A stretch of DNA of 64,000 nucleotides from Limisphaerales bacterium (GTDB taxonomy: Bacteria; Verrucomicrobiota; Verrucomicrobiia; Limisphaerales; JAJOIW01), in the NCBI GenBank assembly GCA_965657355.1, contig CBFHOE010000003.1:277520-341519 (forward strand). The letters are read 5' to 3'. Below, one piece after another: positions 18,521 through 28,478 of the stretch. Each line of letters opens with the position of its first letter. Positions within the stretch are counted from its first letter, which is position 1. The notes under the pieces were generated by a model, which worked only from the letters and a program-made list of their open reading frames with translations, had not been told where the DNA came from and made no database searches. A program made the position numbers and the translations under genes.

Positions 18521-20590
18521 ATGTTGGCTGTTTTAAAAAAGGTATTTGGCAATCACAGGTCAGAGGTCTCATCAAATCGAGACCGAGTAGGCTTATCGTT
18601 GGATGAAAAAAGATTCAACGATTCTGCCTCGTCAGGATGTGATGAACCAAAGGATCCCAATCGGGTTCCAGCCTCTAGCTCAGCCACAATTATTGTATAC
18701 GATTTGCGGCATATTATTAGCCATTTACCAGATGAGCTTCGACGACACGTTGTAAAGGATTTGCCGGCAGGGCATAACATCCGCCTGCCAGCAGCTCTTC
18801 TAACCAGAAAAATCCAAAAAAGTGATCTGACTATTAGTTTCAGTACGCTGAAAAAAATGTCTCCCTCTGGTATCTTTGAAGATAATAGAAGTCTTGATCA
18901 CAAAAGAGTGAAACTTGATCTGGAGGAAACCAAAAACCAGCTAAGTGGGAAATCTCCATCCAATTTTAAAGCAGAAGATTTGGATGTTCCTTCGAAGGAA
19001 GTTGAAGAGAAATCAGATAGCGCATACGTTCAGGGAACAAAGCTTTTACCAGACCAAAACAGTCAGTGCCAGTCTGATGGTTCTCAGAGTTCACTCGGAC
19101 ATTCTACCCCTGAATTAGATGATGATCCGAGCCCGTTAGTCATATCTGCAAGCAGAATAAAGGATTACATTACTGTAGCTTGTAAGTCTGAGATTTTGAG
19201 GTTGCCTCAGGGGTTCGAGACTCCCTTACATATCCCATATGCCGTAGCGCAATCCTTTTACGAAAACGCTGAGGCGACTGCTTCGTGGAGTGATTTTTGG
19301 TCCTGGTTTTATCCATCTCCAGAGCCAACAGGTTTTGATTACTCGGACCCCGTGAACATCCCCATGGACTTTTTTATTCCTGCCTTTACGGAGTGGAAAA
19401 AAGAATTGGAAGCTCCGGCCCCTTCAGTGAATGAGAAAAAGGCCATTCAAAAAAACCAATTGAAACCAGATCCAATCTTGCAATCAGGTCTTTCAGTTCA
19501 AAAAACATCACAGATGGAAATAAGAGTCCTTGATACCGACTCTCCAGAGCCTACAACGAAACATGAAGCTCGTGGTATTTCTTACATTAAAGAAAAACAA
19601 AAAGTAGAAGTTAGTCAGCTCCCTCATACCGGTGATGACACCCATGTCGTTAGCACTTCCACAGGTAAATCTGAGCCACACCTCGCTATTGGATCTCGAT
19701 TGGAGGACTCCTTGAATGATGAACAGGCTGCTAGTGATAAGGCATTGCCTGCTGATAGCGCATCACACAAGAAAAACGAAGAAACCGATAAATCTGTAGC
19801 CATCGATAAAGAAGTTTCCAAATCTAATATCGAAACTGAGGTCCATAGGAAACTAGTGCAAGATGTTAGTGCGGACACCGAGCCAGAAGATCAAGGAATC
19901 CATTTTGAAGTCAATGATACGCTTGGATTTGCTGAGGTAGCAGAGGCGCTAGATAGAGATATTATCGATGATTTGGAGGGTGTTAATGGTTTCTCACTCG
20001 AGTCTCACAAAACGGAAGTTCAAAAACCTCTTCAGGGGCTTGAAAGTCAAGCTGACTTTGTGAATAAGGAGCAGACAGATATAGGGCAAGAAGTATCGGT
20101 GTCTTTTGATTCATTTGTCCAAAAATCACGAAAGGCATACGACCCGGAGCTTTATCAGGATGGCATTAGTGGGGCTGGTGAGATTCATCAAGACGAGCTC
20201 ACAGCTCGCTTAGCCAAAATGTTTCTGCAGCCAGAAAAGAAAATTTGGACAGTTAAAGAAATCATCCGTAAAGCTTCACTTTTCGAAGGTATCATCGGCT
20301 TGCTTGTTTTCTTTGATGATGGGCTCATGATCGGGTCGGAAGTGCCTGGAAGTATTAATGTTGATCAATTCCTCAAGGAAGCACCAACTATGTTTAGTCA
20401 AGCATCTCATATATGTGGCGGATCTGATAGCGATTTACCAGAATACGTGTCTGTTTATTTCCAGGATCAAACCGTTCACGCATTTAAATCTGGTAATATT
20501 TTTCTAATAGCCTTTAGTAATCCAGAGGTTCAAATACCTCGAGGAAATCTTAAATTTATAACAACTTACCTTTCAAGAAAACTCGGTTGA
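18521..20590 (+). CDS. Large protein with duplicated N-terminal domain, acidic disordered linker and C-terminal roadblock/LC7 domain
   Basis: C-terminus EGIIGLLVFFDDGLMIGSEVPG...VHAFKSGNIFLIAF is roadblock-like; stop codon lies 1 nt before the mglA start. Confidence 0.65.
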   Translation: MLAVLKKVFGNHRSEVSSNRDRVGLSLDEKRFNDSASSGCDEPKDPNRVPASSSATIIVYDLRHIISHLPDELRRHVVKDLPAGHNIRLPAALLTRKIQKSDLTISFSTLKKMSPSGIFEDNRSLDHKRVKLDLEETKNQLSGKSPSNFKAEDLDVPSKEVEEKSDSAYVQGTKLLPDQNSQCQSDGSQSSLGHSTPELDDDPSPLVISASRIKDYITVACKSEILRLPQGFETPLHIPYAVAQSFYENAEATASWSDFWSWFYPSPEPTGFDYSDPVNIPMDFFIPAFTEWKKELEAPAPSVNEKKAIQKNQLKPDPILQSGLSVQKTSQMEIRVLDTDSPEPTTKHEARGISYIKEKQKVEVSQLPHTGDDTHVVSTSTGKSEPHLAIGSRLEDSLNDEQAASDKALPADSASHKKNEETDKSVAIDKEVSKSNIETEVHRKLVQDVSADTEPEDQGIHFEVNDTLGFAEVAEALDRDIIDDLEGVNGFSLESHKTEVQKPLQGLESQADFVNKEQTDIGQEVSVSFDSFVQKSRKAYDPELYQDGISGAGEIHQDELTARLAKMFLQPEKKIWTVKEIIRKASLFEGIIGLLVFFDDGLMIGSEVPGSINVDQFLKEAPTMFSQASHICGGSDSDLPEYVSVYFQDQTVHAFKSGNIFLIAFSNPEVQIPRGNLKFITTYLSRKLG

Positions 20591-20591
20591 T

Positions 20592-21239
20592 ATGGCCTAC
20601 TTAAATCGAAAGACAAAACAGCTCCAGCTAAAAATTGTTTACTATGGTCCAGCCTTGTCTGGAAAGACGACAAACCTGGTAAGAGTTCATGAATCAGTAA
20701 AATCCAAAAAAGCGAGTGACAAAAGCGATCTGGTGAATCTCGCGACAAGTAATGACAGGACTCTCTTTTTCGATTTTTTGCCCCTTCAGACGGTCAAAGT
20801 CAATGGGTATGACGCCCGTTTCCAATTATATACTGTTCCCGGTCAAGTTATATATAATACGACTAGGCAGTTAGTACTTAGAGGGGTTGATGGGATTGTT
20901 TTTGTAGCAGATAGCTCTCAAGACCGTCTCAATGATAGTGTGGAGAGCCTTGAGAATCTTGACCAAAACTTAAAAGAGTTACGGATTGACCCCAAATCCG
21001 TTCCACTGGTTTTTCAATACAATAAGAGAGACATAGAAAATGCAGCCTCTGTTGATTACATGGACAACTTGTTAAACAAGCAGAACCGACCTTATTTTGA
21101 AGCTGTTGCTGGAAAGGGTGAAGGCGTTTTTCCAACTCTGAATGGGATTTCGAAAATATTACTAAGGAAGTTTTTGATGCAGGGCAAGCCAGCATCTTCT
21201 GAAAAAGAAGTGCCTTCCGGTGTCTCGGATTCCTTATAG
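20592..21239 (+). CDS. mglA: MglA-family small Ras-like GTPase
   Basis: KIVYYGPALSGKTTNL, DRTLFFDFLP, LYTVPGQ, VLRGVDGIVFVADS, QYNKRD. Confidence 0.93.
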   Translation: MAYLNRKTKQLQLKIVYYGPALSGKTTNLVRVHESVKSKKASDKSDLVNLATSNDRTLFFDFLPLQTVKVNGYDARFQLYTVPGQVIYNTTRQLVLRGVDGIVFVADSSQDRLNDSVESLENLDQNLKELRIDPKSVPLVFQYNKRDIENAASVDYMDNLLNKQNRPYFEAVAGKGEGVFPTLNGISKILLRKFLMQGKPASSEKEVPSGVSDSL

Positions 21240-21254
21240 GATGTCACTTGAAAA

Positions 21255-21785
21255 ATGTCTAACAACAAGCAATACAATTTGGAATCCGTTTTGGGCGATT
21301 TATCCGAGGAGATAGATGCCAGTTGCTTATTTGTAATGACGCCTTCCGGCATCATTGTTGGACATTGTGGGAGAATGCCTGCAATCGAAATAAATACTTT
21401 GGGCGCTTTGGTTTGGGGAATGTATTCCGCCGCAGAAAAAATTCACGACCTTTTGGGCGATAATGAAATGCCAGCGCTTTCCCATTATACTTCCGCACAA
21501 AATTTTTTCGTATTTGGCATGCCCGGGGCTGCTGGGGTTTTGACAGTCGTCGGTAAAATGCCATTTTTGAGCCCTCCTCAGATTGATGTCATCAAAAAGG
21601 CTAGTCTGCAATTAAATGAACTGATCCCTTCTGGATATAGTAATTGGGATGAAAATCTTATCTCAAAAGCGCCCGGCAGTCACCGCAGTGATGAAAGATT
21701 AAATGATCAAAGTCTCAATCAAGGCCTAGAGGAGGAATCCGATTTGTTTGAACTGGAATCCGATATCTTTCATTCCGATAAATAG
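21255..21785 (+). CDS. mglB: MglB-like roadblock/LC7 protein (putative GAP)
   Basis: CLFVMTPSGIIVG...TLGALVWGMYSAAEKIHDLLG, matching the MglB LxALxAGxxAA pattern; directly after mglA. Confidence 0.75.
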   Translation: MSNNKQYNLESVLGDLSEEIDASCLFVMTPSGIIVGHCGRMPAIEINTLGALVWGMYSAAEKIHDLLGDNEMPALSHYTSAQNFFVFGMPGAAGVLTVVGKMPFLSPPQIDVIKKASLQLNELIPSGYSNWDENLISKAPGSHRSDERLNDQSLNQGLEEESDLFELESDIFHSDK

Positions 21786-22097
21786 GATAATCCAATAGGG
21801 TCAACGCAAGCCATATCACATTTTTCTTCAGGCAAATATAATGCCTATTTTTTCAGCTAGCCTTTTCTTAGCTTTTATTAATTTGATTTTGATGAATCTA
21901 TTTTTAGCCATTTCCCAGCACAAAATTCTGCAATAAATACGGTTAAAAGAGGACGGTTGGGAAAATCTTGAAATTCCAATATCAGTTTATTTGTGTATAT
22001 GCTGACAAATATGCAGAATGATTATTGCGATAAACAGCTCTTAAATAATCATCGGGGTCATCGTTGTTTATTTGCCGTATATATAACTGAAAAAGTC

Positions 22098-23123
22098 ATG
22101 ATTTTATCAGCTTTCAGCTTCCTTCTAATTTTCTTCTCATCAAGTGTTTTTCCTTTATTAGGTGCCAGTGAAACCAATTCACTTATCCAGCATCTTGAAT
22201 TCGTTCAAACGGCCAATAAATCCACCTATGGTCTTCGTGACAATAAAGGGATGGGAATGGATTGTCTCAAGGTATTTCAACCCGCTCGTTATTCTGGTGG
22301 AAAAGTCATGGGGGTTTACCACAGCCGCAATGGAAGCGTGTTCTCGATACATCTTGCTTGGTCTTCCAATCTTATTGAATGGACTCACGTAGCGGTATTA
22401 GACAAGAACGCCTCTCAAGCCACGATATGGCAATGTGATAATGAAGCATTTTTATTAGCCTATGAAAAAGATGCCCCTAACTCATGTTGGATTCGTTTTC
22501 GGTATTATGAAACTCTGTCTTCCCTTGTATCCGGAAATCATGAAAAGGAGTTTGATATAGAGCGCACTCTTGCACCAACGGCCGAAGGTACACCCAATTT
22601 AGAGTCGGTCGTTTTGGAAAGGAATCGAATTGATTCCTCCGAAATTCAGATTCGCTTTCATTATTTTAAGAATGCAAGGGTGGATCAACTTGCTTTTGGG
22701 ACGTTATCCAATTTTAAAACATGGAAATCTAAGTCATCTGATGTGGTGAATTTGGAGCTTATAAAAAGAGGGTGGAAAGGCAATCTTGGGGATCGAGATA
22801 GATTTATTTGGCAAGAAGATGTCTATTACCTTCAGGAAGTTCAAAGAACAAGGAATGATTGGAGCTCATGGCGTATATGTTTATGTCGTGGTGACGGAAT
22901 GCCGATACGAACACTTAAAATAAAGACTCATAAAGGTTCAGTTGCTTTTGCTAACCCCAACACGACATGGATTACCGACCCAGAAGACAAGAGAAAACTG
23001 GTAATCACTCTCTTCCTTCCATCGGAAGGAAACAATCCCAATGAGCGAGGGACTCTACTTTATTTAATTGATCCCGCAACAACCAATGCCTTTCCCAAGG
23101 CAATAGGCGAGCCAGCTCCATAG
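22098..23123 (+). CDS. Secreted hypothetical protein (beta-rich, possibly propeller glycoside-hydrolase-like)
   Basis: Long ORF, signal peptide from M at 22098, motifs MDCLKV, GVYH, LGDRD, ANP; family not recognised. Confidence 0.55.
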   Translation: MILSAFSFLLIFFSSSVFPLLGASETNSLIQHLEFVQTANKSTYGLRDNKGMGMDCLKVFQPARYSGGKVMGVYHSRNGSVFSIHLAWSSNLIEWTHVAVLDKNASQATIWQCDNEAFLLAYEKDAPNSCWIRFRYYETLSSLVSGNHEKEFDIERTLAPTAEGTPNLESVVLERNRIDSSEIQIRFHYFKNARVDQLAFGTLSNFKTWKSKSSDVVNLELIKRGWKGNLGDRDRFIWQEDVYYLQEVQRTRNDWSSWRICLCRGDGMPIRTLKIKTHKGSVAFANPNTTWITDPEDKRKLVITLFLPSEGNNPNERGTLLYLIDPATTNAFPKAIGEPAP

Positions 23124-23225
23124 AATATTAAGCAGCTGAAAAAAATCTAAATCATACCCCAATATTGGTATAAGAATCCTTTGGTGAAGACTTTTCCAAA
23201 GGATCACTTGCCAAATCATCGAGGC

Positions 23226-24551
23226 TTAATTTTTGCCGGGCGTTTTAGAATGCGCTTGTTGTGGGAAGTCAAAGGTAAGCACCAGGGGGTCCGTTCCGGT
23301 ATTTTCAATCTCGACACCGCCCTTATTGAGCGCAGCTTGAGTAATGAATCCGATTTCGGGATAAATTTCACCGAGCTTCATATCCTGGTGGTACCGCACT
23401 GCAAGTTTACCAACACGGCCACTACCGCCATTCGTGTGAAAGAGCGCAGGGCTTTCCGGACAGAAATTTGTTTTTGCCCCAGGTTCCACGATGAGGCGGA
23501 GAATGGAACACTTTTGGTCGCCAAGGAAGTCACCATAAATAATCCACCTTGCGTCCACTCCATCGCCCGTGAACTCTTCAGCTGAGATTGCCGGACGTGA
23601 ATTTTTCATGACAAAATCCGGGTCTTGATTTGCTTCGAAATCAAAAGTATCAACGAGAAATTCCCAGTCTTCGTGACGGTCTTTTGGATAGTCCTCTTCT
23701 CTGCAGGCGTAAAAAGCATCAGCTGCTCCGATACTTCCATCTAGAGTAAGGTCTTCTGCAAGGAAGTGCTCGTCCATTGTCACGTGCAGCTCGTGAGTAC
23801 AAAGGTCAGTCGGTGAGTGGAGCACTCCATTAGGCATGACGAAGCCGTTATCAAGTTGCATCATTGTATGGGGAGACAAATGCCGGACTCCGTTATATTC
23901 ACCTCGTGCGAAATTTTTCATGCATGACAGGAACTGGTCTTTTGTCACAAATGGGTAGAGTCCCATTGCCGTGGTGTGGTAATGGGAAGGACTAACTCCT
24001 GGATTATCGTATGAATTGATGTCGTAAACCTCCCATTTGGCCCAATGAAGGTGGTGCGGGATCGGGTTTAGGTTATCAAACTTTTTAGACACAATCGGCC
24101 ATGTAGGGTTGCCGAATAGGGATTTCGAAAACGCTGTCATTTTTTCACCAATCACAACTTCTGGTTTAGCCGCGATTAAGTTCTGGAGGGAGATAACTTG
24201 ACCGCCTGGCGTGAGGACATGCGATTCCCCTTCACGAAATGGTGCTTTATTTGTGCGCGTATCAATGACTCCCGTCACTATAGGAACCGTGCAACACATC
24301 CACAGTTCATCTAGCCCGGTTCCGTCCATGTAATCTGGATAATAAGATTTGGCATCGAGACGAATTCTTTTTCCCGGAGTGCAAAAGGTCCGGCCTGCAT
24401 AACGATGTAAAAGTTGTAACACGCCATCGTTTTCGTTCAGGCAATCATCGAGAATTGAATCTACCCCTGCGCCGGATCCATCGATCACGTCTTGTTGGGG
24501 ATACTCATGTAGTTTGTCCGGCAGAATTGACGTCGAAGCAGTCATGGTCAA
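23226..24551 (-). CDS. Cupin-fold protein distantly similar to type I phosphomannose isomerase
   Basis: DELWM, SKKFDNLNPIPHHLH, GVLHSP, HELH resemble the PMI-I (ELW, KxLD..HP, GxLHA, xEI) arrangement. Confidence 0.55.
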   Translation of the reverse strand: MTMTASTSILPDKLHEYPQQDVIDGSGAGVDSILDDCLNENDGVLQLLHRYAGRTFCTPGKRIRLDAKSYYPDYMDGTGLDELWMCCTVPIVTGVIDTRTNKAPFREGESHVLTPGGQVISLQNLIAAKPEVVIGEKMTAFSKSLFGNPTWPIVSKKFDNLNPIPHHLHWAKWEVYDINSYDNPGVSPSHYHTTAMGLYPFVTKDQFLSCMKNFARGEYNGVRHLSPHTMMQLDNGFVMPNGVLHSPTDLCTHELHVTMDEHFLAEDLTLDGSIGAADAFYACREEDYPKDRHEDWEFLVDTFDFEANQDPDFVMKNSRPAISAEEFTGDGVDARWIIYGDFLGDQKCSILRLIVEPGAKTNFCPESPALFHTNGGSGRVGKLAVRYHQDMKLGEIYPEIGFITQAALNKGGVEIENTGTDPLVLTFDFPQQAHSKTPGKN

Positions 24552-24880
24552 TAGGTTCTAATTTAGCTGTAGAATTTATGTTATTATCTGTATTTTAAAT
24601 CACAATGAGGCAGGCCTAGCGCCTGTAAACTCAAACTCAAATTGGATTCTGACTTTTAAGAATGGGATTAGCAAGGTTGAATGGTGCCAATGCCATACTG
24701 CGGGATGCCCAGACTATCTCAATGGGCTATCAGAATTAAACCTTGATTGAGTCCAAGTCGCTTAGCTCCCATCCGCATGACCCCTACAGGGGTATCGAAA
24801 CTGCGGTGTTAATCTCATTGCCGACGGTAAATTTTTTTCGCGAGGTATTATCTTATTTATTATTTAATAAGGCCTGAGTT

Positions 24881-26512
24881 TTAGAATTTTTCCGCTGTCA
24901 AGCCTGGCCAATCGTCTGTCCTGAAAGGTGTCAATGGAAGCCCCTCTTTATTCTGGACGTTGCAAACGGGATTGTCTGCCCACCCATATCTAACGGCTAC
25001 TGGGTTTGGAACTTTATCACTCCAAACTTCTACAGTGGTATTATTAATGATTTTTGCATTAGCCCAGTGAAATTTTCTATCCTCGCCAGCAATAGCAAAC
25101 CCCACAGGTGTTCTGAAGTCAAATGTGTCCAGGCCTCCACCGACGTAATCAAATGTCACAGTTGCCTTACCGCCTTTACTAGAAAACGATTTATAGACGG
25201 GACTTCGATAAACGATTTCATATCCGTAGTCTTTTGCTAAAGCCCAGCGAGCTAACCTTTTAGCGACGTTCTGTTTATCTTTGGGATGGATGTCATGAGC
25301 TTCACCCAGGTCTATGATAACGGCTTCACCTGTATTTGGTAGCTTGGACATTGTCATTGTTTGTGCTTCTCGAAGTTCTGCCCAATCGCTTTCCGCCGGT
25401 TCAGTTTTTTCATCTCTGAAATCTGCCAACTGGACCCAATAGAAAGGGAAATCACCTTGCCCCCATTCATCTCTCCAATTTTGGATCATTAGTGGAAACA
25501 GATCACGATACTGATAAGCTCGACTTGCATTGCTTTCACCCTGATACCAGATAGTCCCTTTGATTCCGTATCCAATAATGGGTCTTAGGACTCCGTTATA
25601 AAGATTTCCAGGACGATGCTGGTTAGTTAGCTGGTTTCTTGGGCGTCTTGGTTTGGCTGGAATTTTCTCACCTTTGATTCTTGCCTGAAAACTTTTTCTC
25701 TGCCAGTCCTCTAGTGACTTCTGGTAATTTTTCATGGCACTATTGAGTTTGGGGTCAGCTTCGGTTTTTGCCCATCTTTCTAAAAGTGGAGTAAATACGG
25801 ATTTGTCTTTGAGAAGATCTCTGCGAACCCATGCCTCTGCCGAAGACCCTCCCCATGCATTGTCGATAAGTCCGATTGGCATGTCCAGAGTCTGGTGAAG
25901 TTGTCTCCCAAAAAAATAACCAACAGCCGAGAAATTCTTAACAGTCTCAGGTGTGCATTTTTCCCATTGGCCTTCGAAGTCATTTTGAGGAACCTGCGTG
26001 CCAACCTGCGGAATGCTTATGAGTCTAATATCAGGGTAATTGGCACTCAATGATTCCAGATCAGGATCGTTCGAAGCATTGATGGACCACTGCATATTAG
26101 ATTGCCCGGAACAGATCCAGACTTCACCAAACTTTACATCATTAATCTCTATGGAATTATTTACCCCTTCGATTCTGAGTCTGACCTCAGTTTTTGCTGG
26201 TAAAGGGTCTAATAAAACAACCCACCTTCCATCAGGGCCAGTTTGAGTTTTATGAGATTGGATGATTCTTTCAGAAGAGGCATCGATTCTCGTTTGCGTC
26301 CGTTTTGGCGCGGCGCCAGTACTGACAGTAACTGAAACCTCCTCCCCAGCCAAAGCCCATCCCCATACTGGATTTTCCTGATCTCTTTGGAGAACCATGT
26401 GATTCCCGAACAAGGAAGATACACTTACGGCGGCAGGTGAGATCACTGGGTTTGCGAGCAACACGATGAGCAAGCATCCCCAAAACACTGGTGTTTTGGT
26501 TAAGATTTTCAT
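24881..26512 (-). CDS. Sialate O-acetylesterase (SASA domain) family protein
   Basis: Signal peptide; [60 protein letters not shown]. Confidence 0.92.
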   Translation of the reverse strand: MKILTKTPVFWGCLLIVLLANPVISPAAVSVSSLFGNHMVLQRDQENPVWGWALAGEEVSVTVSTGAAPKRTQTRIDASSERIIQSHKTQTGPDGRWVVLLDPLPAKTEVRLRIEGVNNSIEINDVKFGEVWICSGQSNMQWSINASNDPDLESLSANYPDIRLISIPQVGTQVPQNDFEGQWEKCTPETVKNFSAVGYFFGRQLHQTLDMPIGLIDNAWGGSSAEAWVRRDLLKDKSVFTPLLERWAKTEADPKLNSAMKNYQKSLEDWQRKSFQARIKGEKIPAKPRRPRNQLTNQHRPGNLYNGVLRPIIGYGIKGTIWYQGESNASRAYQYRDLFPLMIQNWRDEWGQGDFPFYWVQLADFRDEKTEPAESDWAELREAQTMTMSKLPNTGEAVIIDLGEAHDIHPKDKQNVAKRLARWALAKDYGYEIVYRSPVYKSFSSKGGKATVTFDYVGGGLDTFDFRTPVGFAIAGEDRKFHWANAKIINNTTVEVWSDKVPNPVAVRYGWADNPVCNVQNKEGLPLTPFRTDDWPGLTAEKF

Positions 26513-26893
26513 GGTATTAGATGTTTCAATTCTGCCCCTTCCTCATGACTGAGTCCATAAAAAACTATGGCTCTTAGTAAACCCTTTAATCAGGTTCATG
26601 GAAAAAAAGTTAAGCTAAAGAATTTTTTACTCTGCTCTGGTGTGGCTTTGAATGTAGAAGCTCCGGGTAAAATTTTTTATTTATCGATTATCCGAGTCAT
26701 CCATTGATCTCAGCAGTCAACTCAGCGTACGAATCGTATACCCAAAAAATTAGATTCACACAAGTAGGCTATATTTTTTTGAGCGATTGAGATAACTAGT
26801 CAATGGACATCCTTGTCCCATTCGATGGTTACTTATATTCGAACAAATGCATGGTGCTTTTATTTTCCATTTAGAATAAACAAACAATGTTGC

Positions 26894-26923
26894 AAAAAAA
26901 CCCTCCAAAAAATTTGAGAGGGT
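26894..26923 (-). terminator. Rho-independent terminator for the zinc peptidase gene
   Basis: Minus strand ACCCTCTCAAA-TTT-TTTGGAGGGT followed by a T tract. Confidence 0.6.
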
Positions 26924-26964
26924 CGGCATTATTCAATTTAAAATCATTGGATGCTTAAATGCGT

Positions 26965-27651
26965 TTAATCGTCTGATCCTCCGATCAAAGGGAGCAGGTA
27001 ATATAAAAGATAGGCTAGCGAAGTTAAGAAGGCTGCTACATACGTTAATGCTGCAGCATCCAACATTTTAGCCACTCCAGTAGATTCTTGGCCTCCCCTT
27101 ACTATCGCTAAGTCACCAAGACACTTTTTCGCTCTTGCTGAGGCATCGAATTCAACGGGAAGAGTAATTAAGTTAAAGAACATGATTATTCCCCAACCAA
27201 CGGCCATAATCATGAACCCTGTGCCTGTAGCGAATATGCCGGTGAACATCCCTATAATCGGCAACCACATAACCATTTGGTTGGCAATGTTGGTTGTTCC
27301 AGCAACTGCCATTCTCAAATTTAAAAGGCTGTATGACCTCGCGTGCTGAATGGCATGGCCGACTTCATGAGCAGCTATCCCAACAGCAGCGACTGATTTG
27401 CCATAATAATTTTGTTCCGATAAAACCAAACGCTTATTCATGGGGTCATAATGGTCGATCAATTTACCTGGCTTGGCGACGACCTCGACGTCTTGAATGT
27501 TTTCCCTTCGAAGGATTTCGGCCGCTGCTTGCGCACCTGTGGCTCCAGATGACACCCCCAACTGTGAGTATTTTCTGTATTTGCCATTCACTTGAGATGA
27601 AGCCCAAAAGCTGATTCCGAGTGTAAATACTATAAGTAGTATAAATGTCAT
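26965..27651 (-). CDS. Putative neutral zinc metallopeptidase (YugP / Zn_peptidase_2)
   Basis: DHYDP, AAHEVGHAIQH, TLPVEFDASARA, AAALTYVAA. Confidence 0.92.
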   Translation of the reverse strand: MTFILLIVFTLGISFWASSQVNGKYRKYSQLGVSSGATGAQAAAEILRRENIQDVEVVAKPGKLIDHYDPMNKRLVLSEQNYYGKSVAAVGIAAHEVGHAIQHARSYSLLNLRMAVAGTTNIANQMVMWLPIIGMFTGIFATGTGFMIMAVGWGIIMFFNLITLPVEFDASARAKKCLGDLAIVRGGQESTGVAKMLDAAALTYVAAFLTSLAYLLYYLLPLIGGSDD

Positions 27652-28478
27652 TTTGCTTAGTTTTTAGTTTTTAGACGTTATAAGACAGCGTCCTAACCTC
27701 CATCAAGAATCCTCAAAAATCCTTCAATGTCAATAACGGTATATCGATATAAATATAGCAAAGCTGTTGTAAACTTTTAAATGGATTGACGTGTTAACAT
27801 GGGCAAAGGAGACATTCCAAACATAGAGATAGTGCTCCATTATTAACACAAGCGGCCTCACATAATCACTTGCCCCATGTTTTTAAATGAGATTAGAAAA
27901 TTATTTCTAAAAAAGTGACAGTTCGATTAATTGATTTTTATCTTGGACTGGGCCACTAATGTGGGATCGGGAATGTGTGTCCTATGATATTATGAGTCTC
28001 TCGCAGAAACCGCCATCGAGGTCGCATTTGAGTGGTCATATTTTTAATCTCATTACAAAAGATCGGGAAAGTCATTTTTGTCTGGCTCTCCAAATTGCAT
28101 TTCCTGGCTTGCAATGAAAAGGAAGGCCCTACTTCTTGGTTTGGATCCTTCGCTTTTGAAAATCACAAAATGAAAAAATAGATTGATTTCATCTGATGCC
28201 CTCTCAAGAGAGAAAGATCGCCAAATTTGCTTCCCTAAATATTAGACAGAAAAGCAGAAATTCTTAAATTTCAGACAAAACCTAAACGTTTGTTGAGGTT
28301 CTTACTTAACGTTTCTCATACTCTCCGTTGGTTGATATGAGTTTTGTAAAAAACAAAAATTTTATGTCTAGAATTTGTTTAACAAAAAAGTTGTACACGG
28401 ATTTGCGATGTCGAAGAACAATTATACGGTGCTTTGGAAATCAATATCGATTCAAACCAATTGTTAATAACACCAAAA

